This document shows positions 29,712 through 39,527 of a DNA stretch of 64,000 bases, piece by piece. The notes beneath the pieces were generated by a model. That model ran no database searches and had not been told where the DNA came from. It saw only the letters and a list, made by a program, of their open reading frames with translations. Made by a program: the position numbers and the translations under genes. Source of the stretch: Caldisericaceae bacterium (GTDB lineage Bacteria; Caldisericota; Caldisericia; Caldisericales; Caldisericaceae); contig JBMFRX010000001.1 of the NCBI GenBank assembly GCA_049967855.1, positions 64,001 through 128,000 of the forward strand, given 5' to 3'. The stretch's first letter is position 1. Every line of letters begins with the position of its first letter.

Positions 29712-30387
29712 TCAGGCGATTTCACCATCAATTTTGGTTTTTGGAGGAGAGAAAGAAGTGGTTTTTGCTGTTATAGAAACTCCTCCGAAGAATAGCCCCA
29801 ACAACTTGATTTATCTTGCAAAGCATATGTTTGACACGTTGAATATTGCAAAGGATTCTGTAGAAGCAGTAGCAACGGTGTACGGACCGGGAAGCTTCAC
29901 GGGAACTCGTGTAGGTGTTGTAGATGCTAAGGTGATTGCGTATGCACTGAGAGTGCCGTTATTTGCAATTAACTCGCTTGACTTTGTTGCTTCTCATTAC
30001 GAGGGAAAAGCTTTGACTGCAATCCCAGCTGGCAGAAAAGAGTACTTTGGGGCCCTGTTTGATAAAGGAGTGAGACTTTCGGAAGATGCAATCTATACCG
30101 AGGATGAACTTAAAGACTACAGCGGAATGATTGTTTCACAAGATGAGAGGCTCTGTAATTTGTTGCCTTCGGGTAATTGCACAAGAGTCGACCTTTTGCC
30201 TTCAAAGCTCTTGAAATTAACTTTGGAGCAGATTGAAATGAAGAATAATATCAAGGATCCTCTGGCTCTTACTCCTAAATACTTGCATGCAGTTGATGTG
30301 ATCTTCAAAAAAAGAGATTCTAAAAACAACCAATCGAACGAAAATCTTGTGGAAGGAAAGAGATCTTCTTCTTTCAAGAGGACATAG
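29692..30387 (+). CDS. tsaB: t6A biosynthesis protein TsaB
   Basis: GPGSFTGTRVG; position between tsaE and rimI. Confidence 0.88.
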   Translation: MNVLIFNQAISPSILVFGGEKEVVFAVIETPPKNSPNNLIYLAKHMFDTLNIAKDSVEAVATVYGPGSFTGTRVGVVDAKVIAYALRVPLFAINSLDFVASHYEGKALTAIPAGRKEYFGALFDKGVRLSEDAIYTEDELKDYSGMIVSQDERLCNLLPSGNCTRVDLLPSKLLKLTLEQIEMKNNIKDPLALTPKYLHAVDVIFKKRDSKNNQSNENLVEGKRSSSFKRT

Positions 30388-30390
30388 CTA

Positions 30391-30852
30391 ATGGATGAAG
30401 ACTTTAAGATTGTAAAAGCCACTTCAAAAGATATTGACAGAATTATTGAAATAGAAGAGAAATCTTACGAAGACCCCTGGCCAAGAGAGGTTTTTATGAT
30501 AGATTATCTTTTCAATAACTGCTCTCTCTATTTTGTCTTGAAAATAAAAAGCAAGGTGGCAGGTTTCATAGGAATATGGGAAGAAGAAAGCAGCCTTCAT
30601 GTGATTAATCTTGCCATAGACCCAGACTACCGAAGAAAAGGATATGGCAGACTTATGCTTCAGTTTGCTGTCGACCTTGCCTTGAATAAGAAAGTAGGGA
30701 AAGTTTATCTTGAGGCAAGAAAGTCTAATGTGATTGCACAAAAACTCTATACTTCGTGCGGCTTTGTTCCTGTGGAGGAGTTGAGATCCTATTACCAGGA
30801 TGGAGAAGACGGTGTAAGAATGATGAAAACTTTATTAAAAGGGGAACAGTAA
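30391..30852 (+). CDS. rimI: Ribosomal-protein-alanine N-acetyltransferase
   Basis: GNAT NLAIDPDYRRKGYG, LEARKSN, YYQDGED. Confidence 0.9.
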   Translation: MDEDFKIVKATSKDIDRIIEIEEKSYEDPWPREVFMIDYLFNNCSLYFVLKIKSKVAGFIGIWEEESSLHVINLAIDPDYRRKGYGRLMLQFAVDLALNKKVGKVYLEARKSNVIAQKLYTSCGFVPVEELRSYYQDGEDGVRMMKTLLKGEQ

Positions 30853-30853
30853 A

Positions 30854-31858
30854 ATGATTGTTTTGGGAATAGAAACTTCTTGTGACGATACAGCTGCATC
30901 GATTGTTGAAGAGAAAGGCTTAATACTGAGCAACGTTTTATCTTCTCAAGACTCTTTTCATAAAGATTTCGGAGGAATTGTGCCTGAAATTGCTTCAAGA
31001 AAACACTCCGAATTGATTGGATACACGATAGTCGAAGCACTTAAGCTCGCAAACAAGGATTTAAATAGTATTGACCTAATATCTGTTACCAAAGGACCTG
31101 GTCTTGTTGGTTCGCTTCTTGTGGGCCTTGAGGCTGCAAAAGCACTTTCATTTGCTCTTGATAAACCTTTGATTGGCGTTAATCATCTTGAAGGTCATAT
31201 TTATTCGTTGTTTCTTGACAATTCCGAACTTCCTTTGAATAATGATGTTTTCCCTCTTTTGATATTAATAGTATCTGGTGGTCATACCGAGCTTATCCTT
31301 ATGAAGGAACACCTTCACTATGAAATGATTGGAGAAACGCGGGATGATGCCGCAGGTGAGGCTCTTGATAAATTTGCTCGCTTCCTCGGCTATGCTTATC
31401 CTGGTGGTCCAATAATTGAGAAACTGGGTGCTTCAGGTGACCCTAAAGCCTTCAAGTTTCCTGGACTGTCATTTAAGGGGTCTCCTTATGAATTCAGTTT
31501 TAGTGGACTTAAAACTGCTGGTATTTACTTTGCAGAAGAACACAAAAAAGAGATTGAGACAAGAATAGCAGATGTCGCTGCAAGTTTCGAAACTGCCCTG
31601 GTTGAGATTCTTGTGAAGCGCACTTTAAAAGCGGCAAATGATTTTAAAGTGAAGGGCATAGGAGTTGTGGGAGGGGTATCTGCAAATACCAGATTGAGGG
31701 AAACCCTTAAGGCAAGGTCAAGCGTTCCAGTCTACTTCCCTCCAAAAGCTCTGTCAACTGACAATGCGGCAATGATTGCTCTTGCAGGCTTGACGCACTT
31801 TAAAAAAGGCGAGAAAGATAATCTTTCACTTGATGTATTCTCTCGCTTGGAGCTTTGA
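30854..31858 (+). CDS. tsaD: tRNA threonylcarbamoyltransferase
   Basis: GIETSCDDT, GGIVPEIASRKH, NHLEGH, TDNAAMI. Confidence 0.96.
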   Translation: MIVLGIETSCDDTAASIVEEKGLILSNVLSSQDSFHKDFGGIVPEIASRKHSELIGYTIVEALKLANKDLNSIDLISVTKGPGLVGSLLVGLEAAKALSFALDKPLIGVNHLEGHIYSLFLDNSELPLNNDVFPLLILIVSGGHTELILMKEHLHYEMIGETRDDAAGEALDKFARFLGYAYPGGPIIEKLGASGDPKAFKFPGLSFKGSPYEFSFSGLKTAGIYFAEEHKKEIETRIADVAASFETALVEILVKRTLKAANDFKVKGIGVVGGVSANTRLRETLKARSSVPVYFPPKALSTDNAAMIALAGLTHFKKGEKDNLSLDVFSRLEL

Positions 31859-32167
31859 TTAGCTTCAAGAAAAATATGTCTCATTATAGACAAATGTAAA
31901 ATAAGCCCTTTCAAGTTCTTTTTCTTGAATATTACGCTCAACAATATCAGATATTGTCAATAACATCGCTGAAGTTAAGCAAAATTGGAAACTTTCATTT
32001 GCACTTTGATTTATCTAAATGAGAAAACCTCTTGACATAAAATGAGCATAGTAATTTGCAGTGCTGTCAAGTTGGTATTGCAATAAATAGCTTTTTCTTA
32101 TAAACTTATAAAGTTATGTATAATAAGATTGAAGTAAATTTAAATTTAGTTTGTTGTAGGAGGAAAT

Positions 32168-32812
32168 ATGGAAATTAAAACAATAAAGGGAGCACTTGCT
32201 GCTGCCACAAGGACTATTAAAAAGTTCTTTGGAGAAGAAGCATTGAAGAAGAATGAGATCAATAACATAAGCGGTGTTATTCATACTAAATATTCCATTT
32301 TTCTGGTGTATTTTGTAGAGCAGGTTGATAAGAAGTTCAGGTCTGCCTTTCCAGATATTGCAAAGCAGATTATGTGGGATGAAGGGATCAGGGTAAGCAA
32401 GAAATCTGTGATAGATTTTGTTAACTTCCCCAACGTTGAGAAAAAGAAGCTTTCTATCGTTTTTGTGCTGCGAAATGGCGATATATTCCAGATATCTCCC
32501 GTTTCTTTGATGAATTTCTGCGAAATTACAAACCTTGAAATTGAAGATAAGGGAGTGTACTACTTCTTTCCAACGATTTTCCTGAAGAAACTCGGGGGAC
32601 AGGTTACTCAAAAAGAACAGAAAACTAAAAACAAATTGTCGCTTGTTTCTCAAATAAATTCTCTTGAAGAGCTCGACGAGGGTGATATGGAACTTGCTGC
32701 GACTTTCAGAGATTTTGATGTGGATTTTTTTGGTGAAATTATCAGGACTCTTCAGAACATTGAGAAGCGCTTAGAGTCAATTGAAAACTATCTAAGCAGG
32801 AGAAAAGTTTGA
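32168..32812 (+). CDS. Hypothetical protein with C-terminal coiled coil
   Basis: AGGAGG RBS; 214-aa ORF overlapping the next gene. Confidence 0.7.
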   Translation: MEIKTIKGALAAATRTIKKFFGEEALKKNEINNISGVIHTKYSIFLVYFVEQVDKKFRSAFPDIAKQIMWDEGIRVSKKSVIDFVNFPNVEKKKLSIVFVLRNGDIFQISPVSLMNFCEITNLEIEDKGVYYFFPTIFLKKLGGQVTQKEQKTKNKLSLVSQINSLEELDEGDMELAATFRDFDVDFFGEIIRTLQNIEKRLESIENYLSRRKV

Positions 32813-33789
32813 TGGTAAAATCTTTAAAAATTTTAATGATATTGATATTAACCATATTCTTTTCGTTCATAATCCTTGGGCATTCTTATATTCTATCAGA
32901 TGATGGCACTGTGCATCAAGTTGTTTCAATTAGCTCTCTTGACTCAGCTGGCATAATAGAAAAAGCTTGTGTCGAAGTGCGCCCTGAGGATGTTATATAT
33001 TCAACGGACGAGTCCTTGACAAACTCGGAAGTTGTTACAATTAAACGCTCCAAGCCTGTGCAGTTGCAAGTAGACGGGAAGAAGTCAGTTTGCTACACTA
33101 CCGCCGAAACAGTTCAGGAGTTTCTACGGGAAAAGAAAATATCTCTTAATGAGAAAGACTATATAAGTGCTCCGCCTAATACCGCATTGAGCGCAAATGA
33201 GCTTATTTTAATAAATACTTATAAAGAGCAGGAAAAAATAGTTAAAGAGCCGATTGCCTATAAGACTGTATTTGAAAGCGATGCAAAAGTGGAGAAGGGA
33301 CTTGTTTTTTTGAAGCAAGTCGGCAAGGATGGCGTATTGGAAAAACATTACAAGGAAATATTCTTTGGCGGGCAGAAGAAAGGCGAGATTTTTGTTTACG
33401 ATAAGATTACAAAAGCGCCTCAGACTAAGATTTATGTAACAGGCGTTGCCTCATCTCCCAGAAATTACCTGAAAACCTACTCAATGGTATCGACGGCTTA
33501 CTCTCCAACGATTGCTGAAACTGACAGCAACCCCTGGATGACTGCAACAGGTTTAAGAAGCGGTTTTGGAGTTGTGGCGGTAGATCCAAAAGTAATTCCA
33601 CTCGGCAGTTTGCTTTATGTTTCAGGCTACGGTTATGCTGTTGCGGGTGACACCGGTGGAGCAATAAAGGGTAACAGGATAGATGTATTTTTCTACTCAA
33701 CAAGTGATGCCACAAAATGGGGAATAAAGAATGTTAAGGTTTATGTTTTGGAAGGTAAATGGAAATTTCCAGACAAATTAAGCTACTAA
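32809..33789 (+). CDS. YabE-like cell wall protein (DUF348 + G5 + 3D)
   Basis: N-terminal TM, TAYS, VAVDPKVIPLGS, DTGGAIKGNRID. Confidence 0.9.
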   Translation: MMVKSLKILMILILTIFFSFIILGHSYILSDDGTVHQVVSISSLDSAGIIEKACVEVRPEDVIYSTDESLTNSEVVTIKRSKPVQLQVDGKKSVCYTTAETVQEFLREKKISLNEKDYISAPPNTALSANELILINTYKEQEKIVKEPIAYKTVFESDAKVEKGLVFLKQVGKDGVLEKHYKEIFFGGQKKGEIFVYDKITKAPQTKIYVTGVASSPRNYLKTYSMVSTAYSPTIAETDSNPWMTATGLRSGFGVVAVDPKVIPLGSLLYVSGYGYAVAGDTGGAIKGNRIDVFFYSTSDATKWGIKNVKVYVLEGKWKFPDKLSY

Positions 33790-34574
33790 TCTCTGAATAC
33801 CAAATATTCCCAAGCGACAAACTTGGCCAAAACCATTTAATTGCAAGCTCTGGACTTAGCTATCTTGTAAATGCTATCAGTCCTAACGTAGATACAAGTT
33901 ACATTGAGATTGGGTCTGGCTTCCTGTTTTTGACAAGATTGGTAGCGCAGTTATCAAAAAAGGTATTTGCCATTGAGAAAGATACGCGCTTCAGCAACTT
34001 CTACAGAGATTTTTTTGAGAAGCCCGAGAATGCTAGCCTTAATATTGAGGTTGTGCAAGAAGATGCTCTGAAGGTTGACCTTGATGAATTTGAAGCCAGT
34101 CAGTTGTTTGGTAATATCCCATACTATATTTCAACTGAACTTTTTCTGAAGGTTGCATCTTCTAAAAATATAAATAGGGCAGTAATTCTTTTCCAGAAGG
34201 AGTTTGCTGACCGAATACTGGCTTTGCCTGGTACTCCAGAATACAGTTCAATAACTGTTTTTACGGATTTCTATTTTCAGAAGCACTTCTTGAAAACACT
34301 TCCTGAGAGTTTTTTTTATCCCCGTCCGACTGTTAGCTCATCACTGGTGGAACTGATAAGAAGAGATGTCCCTGATGTTAATCAGGAAGGCTTCTTCAGG
34401 TTAGTCAGAGCAGCTTTTGCTATGCGCAGGAAAAAGCTATCTAATAATCTTAGAAGCCTTTTTCCGCAGGGACAAGTTGTTGGGGCTTTAAGAAGGCTAG
34501 GACTTGATGAGCTAGTCAGAGCCGAGAAGCTCTCTTTAGACGACTTTGTCAAACTGTACAGAGTTTTGAATTGA
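33759..34574 (+). CDS. rsmA: 16S rRNA adenine dimethyltransferase
   Basis: LGQNHL, EIGSG, GNIPYYIS, FAMRRKKL. Confidence 0.9.
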   Translation: MEISRQIKLLISEYQIFPSDKLGQNHLIASSGLSYLVNAISPNVDTSYIEIGSGFLFLTRLVAQLSKKVFAIEKDTRFSNFYRDFFEKPENASLNIEVVQEDALKVDLDEFEASQLFGNIPYYISTELFLKVASSKNINRAVILFQKEFADRILALPGTPEYSSITVFTDFYFQKHFLKTLPESFFYPRPTVSSSLVELIRRDVPDVNQEGFFRLVRAAFAMRRKKLSNNLRSLFPQGQVVGALRRLGLDELVRAEKLSLDDFVKLYRVLN

Positions 34575-34634
34575 ATATTTGACTTTATTTAATTATCTAC
34601 TTATAATATCACGAAATGAACTAAGGAGGTTTTT

Positions 34635-35057
34635 ATGATTATAAAAGAAGGAAATAGTACGATTGCAGTAAGATTTCAGGATGGTGAAGAGATATTTGAA
34701 TCTCTCAACATTCTGTGCAAAAACTATAACGTAAATTCTGCGGTTATATTAAGTGGTGTCGGAATGTTCAAGCATCTGGTAATAGGATATTGGAATGAGA
34801 AAGAATATGTTAAGAAAGAAAGAAACGAGCTGGTTGAAATTGTTTCACTTGAGGGCAATATTGGTGTAAGCGTTACAGAGGGGCAAACAATGATTCACCT
34901 TCATGTTGCTGTTGCTTTACCCGATTATTCAGTCGTAGGTGGCCATCTTGTGTCAGGCACGTTTTATAATGGAGAAGTCTTCATTGAAAAGCTGCACAAT
35001 ATTTCCATCTTAAGGAAGGAAGAAAGCAACGGTTTGGTCGGTTTAAACCCTGCTTAA
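34635..35057 (+). CDS. PPC/DUF296 domain protein
   Basis: EIVSLEGNI, HLHVAV, GGHL. Confidence 0.85.
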   Translation: MIIKEGNSTIAVRFQDGEEIFESLNILCKNYNVNSAVILSGVGMFKHLVIGYWNEKEYVKKERNELVEIVSLEGNIGVSVTEGQTMIHLHVAVALPDYSVVGGHLVSGTFYNGEVFIEKLHNISILRKEESNGLVGLNPA

Positions 35058-35069
35058 TGAGCGTGCTTT

Positions 35070-37700
35070 ATGGAAAAGGCATACGATCATAAACTAGTTG
35101 AAGATAGAATATACTCTTTTTGGGAGTCTAATAACTGCTTTGCTTCAAAAATAACCCCTTCGAAAGATAAATTTGTCGTTATGATGCCTCCTCCAAATAT
35201 TACAGGAAGATTGCACATTGGGCATGCTCTCACTTTCACGTTACAGGATGTTTTCGTGCGGTTTAACAGGATGAATGGCAAAGAAACTCTGTGGCTCCCA
35301 GGGATGGATCATGCAGGCATTGCCACGCAATCGGTAGTCGAAAGAGAATTACTTGGAAGAGGCATCAAAAGAGAAGACCTGGGCAGAGAGAAATTCGTTG
35401 AGGAGATATGGAAGTGGAAGGAATCCTATGGGAATACTATTGTAGGACAACTAAAGAAAGTTGGCGCTTCTCCTGACTGGAGCAAATTACGTTTTACTCT
35501 CGACAAAGAATACGCAGATGCAGTTACAGAGGCCTTTGTTAGGTATTATAATGAAGGACTTCTTTACAGAGGCGAGAGAATTATTAATTGGTGTCCTCAT
35601 TGCCACACTGCCCTCTCAGATATTGAAGTCGAATACCAAAACGAAAGCGGGCATCTATATTTTATAAAGTATCCTTTTGAAGACGACCCTGAAAACTACA
35701 TAGTTGTTGCTACTACCAGACCTGAAACAATGTTGGGAGATACCGCAGTTGCCGTAAATCCAAATGATGAAAGATATAAGGAAGTTGTTGGCAAAACTGT
35801 TGTTCTGCCAATAATTGAGAGAAAAATTGAGATAATTGCTGATGACTCTGTCGACCCTGACTTTGGAACAGGCGCTGTGAAAGTAACGCCTTCTCATTCT
35901 ATGGAAGACTTCGAAACAGGTAAGAGGCATAATCTTGAATTTATTACTGTAATTGATGACAAAGCACGTATGATAAATGTTCCAGAAAAGTATCTTGGGC
36001 TTTCCGCAAGCGATGCGCGTAATACTCTTGTCGAGGACTTGCAAGAGCGGGGCTACCTTTTGAAGATTGTTGATTATGAACATTCTGTTGGACATTGTCA
36101 GCGTTGTGGAACAATTGTAGAACCGATTGTTTCCAAGCAATGGTTTCTATCTATGAAATCGCTTGCAGAAGTAGGTATGGATGCTGTCCAAAATGGGCTT
36201 GTCAAGATTACACCTGAGAAATGGGTCAAAGTCTACTACGATTGGCTGAGAAATATAAGGGACTGGTGTGTGTCGAGGCAGCTTTGGTGGGGGCATCGCA
36301 TTCCTGCTTACTATTGCGATGATTGCGGAGAAGTTATTGTATCTAAAACCAAGCCAGAAGTTTGCCCAAAATGCGGAAGTAAAAGAATAAGCCAGGACGA
36401 AGACGTTCTTGACACGTGGTTTTCTTCAGCACTCTGGCCTTTCGCAACTCTTGGTTGGCCAAACGATACGCCTGAACTGAATTACTATTATCCAACTTCT
36501 CTTTTGATAACAGGTTATGATATTCTTTTCTTTTGGGTTGCAAGAATGATAATGAGCGGCTTGCACTTTACAAACAAACAACCTTTTGATACGGTAATGA
36601 TTCATGGCTTGGTAAGGGACGAAAAAGGAAAGAAAATGAGCAAGTCTCTGAAAAACATTGTTGACCCTCTTACTTTGATTGATGAGTTTGGAGCTGATTC
36701 TCTAAGGTTTACGCTGGCTTCGCTTTCGACAGTAGGAGGGCAGGACATCAACCTCTCTAATGAAAAGCTAAAAGCCTCAAGGAATTTTATAAATAAGGTG
36801 TGGAATGCATCCAGATTTGTTATTATGAACCTTGAAGGTTTTGACCCTTACTCATTTGACGAGAGTGAAACTGAAATTGAGCTTGAGGATAGGTGGTTTT
36901 TGAGCAGGCTAAATAGGATGATTAAACGGGAAGTAGAGCTATTGTCAGATTATAACCTCGGAGATGCCTCAAGGGAACTGTATGATTTTGTTTGGAGTGA
37001 TTTCTGTGATTGGTATATTGAGCTTTCGAAGGTGAGGTTGTATGGAGAAAACGAGCACAGTAAACGCTCTGTGCAATTCACCCTTTTTGAGTCACTGTCA
37101 AAGGTTTTGAAAATGCTCCATCCATTTATCCCATTTGTTACTGAAGAGATTTATTCTTATCTTCCCCACAAAGACTTAGCACTCATTGTTTCTGAGTTTC
37201 CTAAAGAGGAATCTATATTTGAGAACGAAGATGTTGAGAAAGAAGCAAGTTTTATTTTCGAAGTAATAGGAGAATTTAGAAGCCTAAAAACAGAATTTGG
37301 ATTGCCAATTGTTAAGGGAGTTAGTGCCTACTTTACTTCTTTTGATCCAAACGAAGCTGCTTTGATTGAACAGCAAAAAAGCAAAATATCCAAGATTGCA
37401 GGCTTGACTGAATTGACATACGTTGAATCAAAACCTAAGAAAACTGTCAAAGGTGTCGTAGGGCAAACCACTGTCTTTATACAACTTCCTGAAACCGTTG
37501 ATTTGTCGAAAGAGAAAGCAAGTTTTATAAAGAAACTTGAAGCAACAGAAAAGGTTATTCGCAGTATTACAGGTAGATTGATGAACCAAACCTATTTACT
37601 TAAAGCCGACCCTGAGATAATAAAGAAAGATAGAGCCGATTTAGATGAGGCCGAGAAGCTTAAGAGAACAATACTGAGTCACATCGAGGATCTTGAATAA
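35070..37700 (+). CDS. valS: Valine--tRNA ligase
   Basis: PPPNITGRLHIGH, DHAGIATQ, KMSKS. Confidence 0.97.
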   Translation: MEKAYDHKLVEDRIYSFWESNNCFASKITPSKDKFVVMMPPPNITGRLHIGHALTFTLQDVFVRFNRMNGKETLWLPGMDHAGIATQSVVERELLGRGIKREDLGREKFVEEIWKWKESYGNTIVGQLKKVGASPDWSKLRFTLDKEYADAVTEAFVRYYNEGLLYRGERIINWCPHCHTALSDIEVEYQNESGHLYFIKYPFEDDPENYIVVATTRPETMLGDTAVAVNPNDERYKEVVGKTVVLPIIERKIEIIADDSVDPDFGTGAVKVTPSHSMEDFETGKRHNLEFITVIDDKARMINVPEKYLGLSASDARNTLVEDLQERGYLLKIVDYEHSVGHCQRCGTIVEPIVSKQWFLSMKSLAEVGMDAVQNGLVKITPEKWVKVYYDWLRNIRDWCVSRQLWWGHRIPAYYCDDCGEVIVSKTKPEVCPKCGSKRISQDEDVLDTWFSSALWPFATLGWPNDTPELNYYYPTSLLITGYDILFFWVARMIMSGLHFTNKQPFDTVMIHGLVRDEKGKKMSKSLKNIVDPLTLIDEFGADSLRFTLASLSTVGGQDINLSNEKLKASRNFINKVWNASRFVIMNLEGFDPYSFDESETEIELEDRWFLSRLNRMIKREVELLSDYNLGDASRELYDFVWSDFCDWYIELSKVRLYGENEHSKRSVQFTLFESLSKVLKMLHPFIPFVTEEIYSYLPHKDLALIVSEFPKEESIFENEDVEKEASFIFEVIGEFRSLKTEFGLPIVKGVSAYFTSFDPNEAALIEQQKSKISKIAGLTELTYVESKPKKTVKGVVGQTTVFIQLPETVDLSKEKASFIKKLEATEKVIRSITGRLMNQTYLLKADPEIIKKDRADLDEAEKLKRTILSHIEDLE

Positions 37701-37702
37701 GT

Positions 37703-39037
37703 ATGTATTACTACAAGGATGCTCTTGATTACATCTACAGACTTGGTGGAAAGCAAGGCATCCCTGCTAAATATGACCTCAACAAAATAGAGAATCTATT
37801 AAGAATAATAGGAAATCCCCAGGACAAACAGAATTTTGTTCACATAACAGGGACAAAAGGCAAGGGTTCGACCACTAACTACCTTGCTTCTGTACTGAAA
37901 AGTACAAAGTACAAGGTTGGTATGTATATTTCACCTTCTCTCATTAACACATCCGAACGTATTTCAATAAACGGAGAGCTAATTGCACCGAAGGAGTTCT
38001 TATCTTATACAAATTTTCTCAAGGAGATTTATGATTCCCTGCCTGAACAAGATGTGCCTTCTACATTTGAGACATTTACGATTATTGCATTTTTGTATTT
38101 CCAAAAGCACTTAACGGATCTAAATATTCTTGAAGTTGGGCTAGGAGGGCGTTTAGATGCTACCAATGTTATCAAAGACCCGCTTGTCTCAATAATTACA
38201 GAGATAAGTTTTGATCATCAGAAGATTCTTGGTGATACACTCGAGAAGATCGCATTTGAAAAAGCAGGGATAATAAAAGACTATCACCCTGTTGTCATTG
38301 GAAGCGAAGTACCATCTGCTTACGAGACAATTATTAGAGTAGCTAAGGAAAGGAAGTCAAAATACTTTTTGCTCGGAAAGGACTTTTATCCCTCTAATGT
38401 TGTTTTGTCTGAAGAGGGCTCTATTTTTGATTTTATATCGCCTTCTCTTGGATGTAAAATCAGGAATGTCCAGCTGAGAATAGCAGGTTTGCACCAAGTG
38501 AGGAACGCTTCTGTTGCCATACAAGCTTCTATGATTCTTAAGTCGCTCGGTTACGACATAAGTGAAGATTCCATAAAAGTTGGCTTGAATAATGCATTTT
38601 GGCCTGCGAGATTTGAAATAATCAAGAAGCATCCGACTGTAATATTGGACGGAGCTCACAATGGGTCATCTGCAAAAGCTCTTGTAGAAACATTAAAGCT
38701 TTTTAGAAAAAATGTTGTATTTCTTTTTTCGATGCTTCAAGACAAGAATATTGAAACCGTTTTGGGAGTCCTTTCTCCTGTAGCTTCACGGTTTGTGATC
38801 ACAGAGGTCCCTTACTCTTATGGAAGGCGTTCTGACGCAGCAAGCCTTGATTTGTATTTGCGTAAATTTATAGAACCGTCCAGGATATACATTGAAAAAA
38901 ACCCTCGAGTTGCTTATGAGAAGGCAGTTAGGATGCTATCTTCCGACGAACTGCTTTGTGTTACGGGGTCTCTTTACCTTACGGGTTTTGTAAGAGAGTT
39001 CGAAAAAATTTTTACTTTTTCTTCTGATTTGCTATAA
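37703..39037 (+). CDS. folC: Folylpolyglutamate/dihydrofolate synthase
   Basis: HITGTKGKGS, EVGLGGRLDATN, DGAHN, GSLYL. Confidence 0.95.
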   Translation: MYYYKDALDYIYRLGGKQGIPAKYDLNKIENLLRIIGNPQDKQNFVHITGTKGKGSTTNYLASVLKSTKYKVGMYISPSLINTSERISINGELIAPKEFLSYTNFLKEIYDSLPEQDVPSTFETFTIIAFLYFQKHLTDLNILEVGLGGRLDATNVIKDPLVSIITEISFDHQKILGDTLEKIAFEKAGIIKDYHPVVIGSEVPSAYETIIRVAKERKSKYFLLGKDFYPSNVVLSEEGSIFDFISPSLGCKIRNVQLRIAGLHQVRNASVAIQASMILKSLGYDISEDSIKVGLNNAFWPARFEIIKKHPTVILDGAHNGSSAKALVETLKLFRKNVVFLFSMLQDKNIETVLGVLSPVASRFVITEVPYSYGRRSDAASLDLYLRKFIEPSRIYIEKNPRVAYEKAVRMLSSDELLCVTGSLYLTGFVREFEKIFTFSSDLL

Positions 39038-39044
39038 TATGGCG

Positions 39045-39524
39045 ATGAATAGATTATACGATTTTTTGAACAGTTTTCTGCCGTGGCTTTCTAAGGGTGA
39101 CTTTTGGATAATAATTATCTCTATTATTGTGGCAATATTAGTTATGGCTTTTTATGTCTTTAATGATGCAAAAATGAGAGGCGGAAACAGTATTGTCTGG
39201 TTTGTTGTTACCATATTGCTCGGAGGAATTATTCCCTTTATCTTTTATTTGATGGTTCGTTCCCCTGTCACTCTTGACGAGCTTAAGGAAGAAGAAACAA
39301 AGAAGGAGGTGATAGAGCTAGAGCGAAAGTACTATGAGCTAATGATAGCTCGCGAGGTAAAGAAATGCCCTGTATGCGGAGAAGAAGTCAGTCCTGATTT
39401 TTTGTATTGTCCGCATTGTTTTACTCAACTTAAGAAACGTTGTCCTAACTGTGGTGCTGTAGTTGAGAAAGATTTGAAAATTTGTCCTTACTGTGGTTTT
39501 GTTTTTGAAGAAAGAAAGGAGTGA
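39045..39524 (+). CDS. Membrane protein with C-terminal double zinc ribbon
   Basis: Two TMs, then CPVC/CPHC/CPNC/CPYC; start 39039 or 39045. Confidence 0.8.
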   Translation: MNRLYDFLNSFLPWLSKGDFWIIIISIIVAILVMAFYVFNDAKMRGGNSIVWFVVTILLGGIIPFIFYLMVRSPVTLDELKEEETKKEVIELERKYYELMIAREVKKCPVCGEEVSPDFLYCPHCFTQLKKRCPNCGAVVEKDLKICPYCGFVFEERKE

Positions 39525-39527
39525 ACT

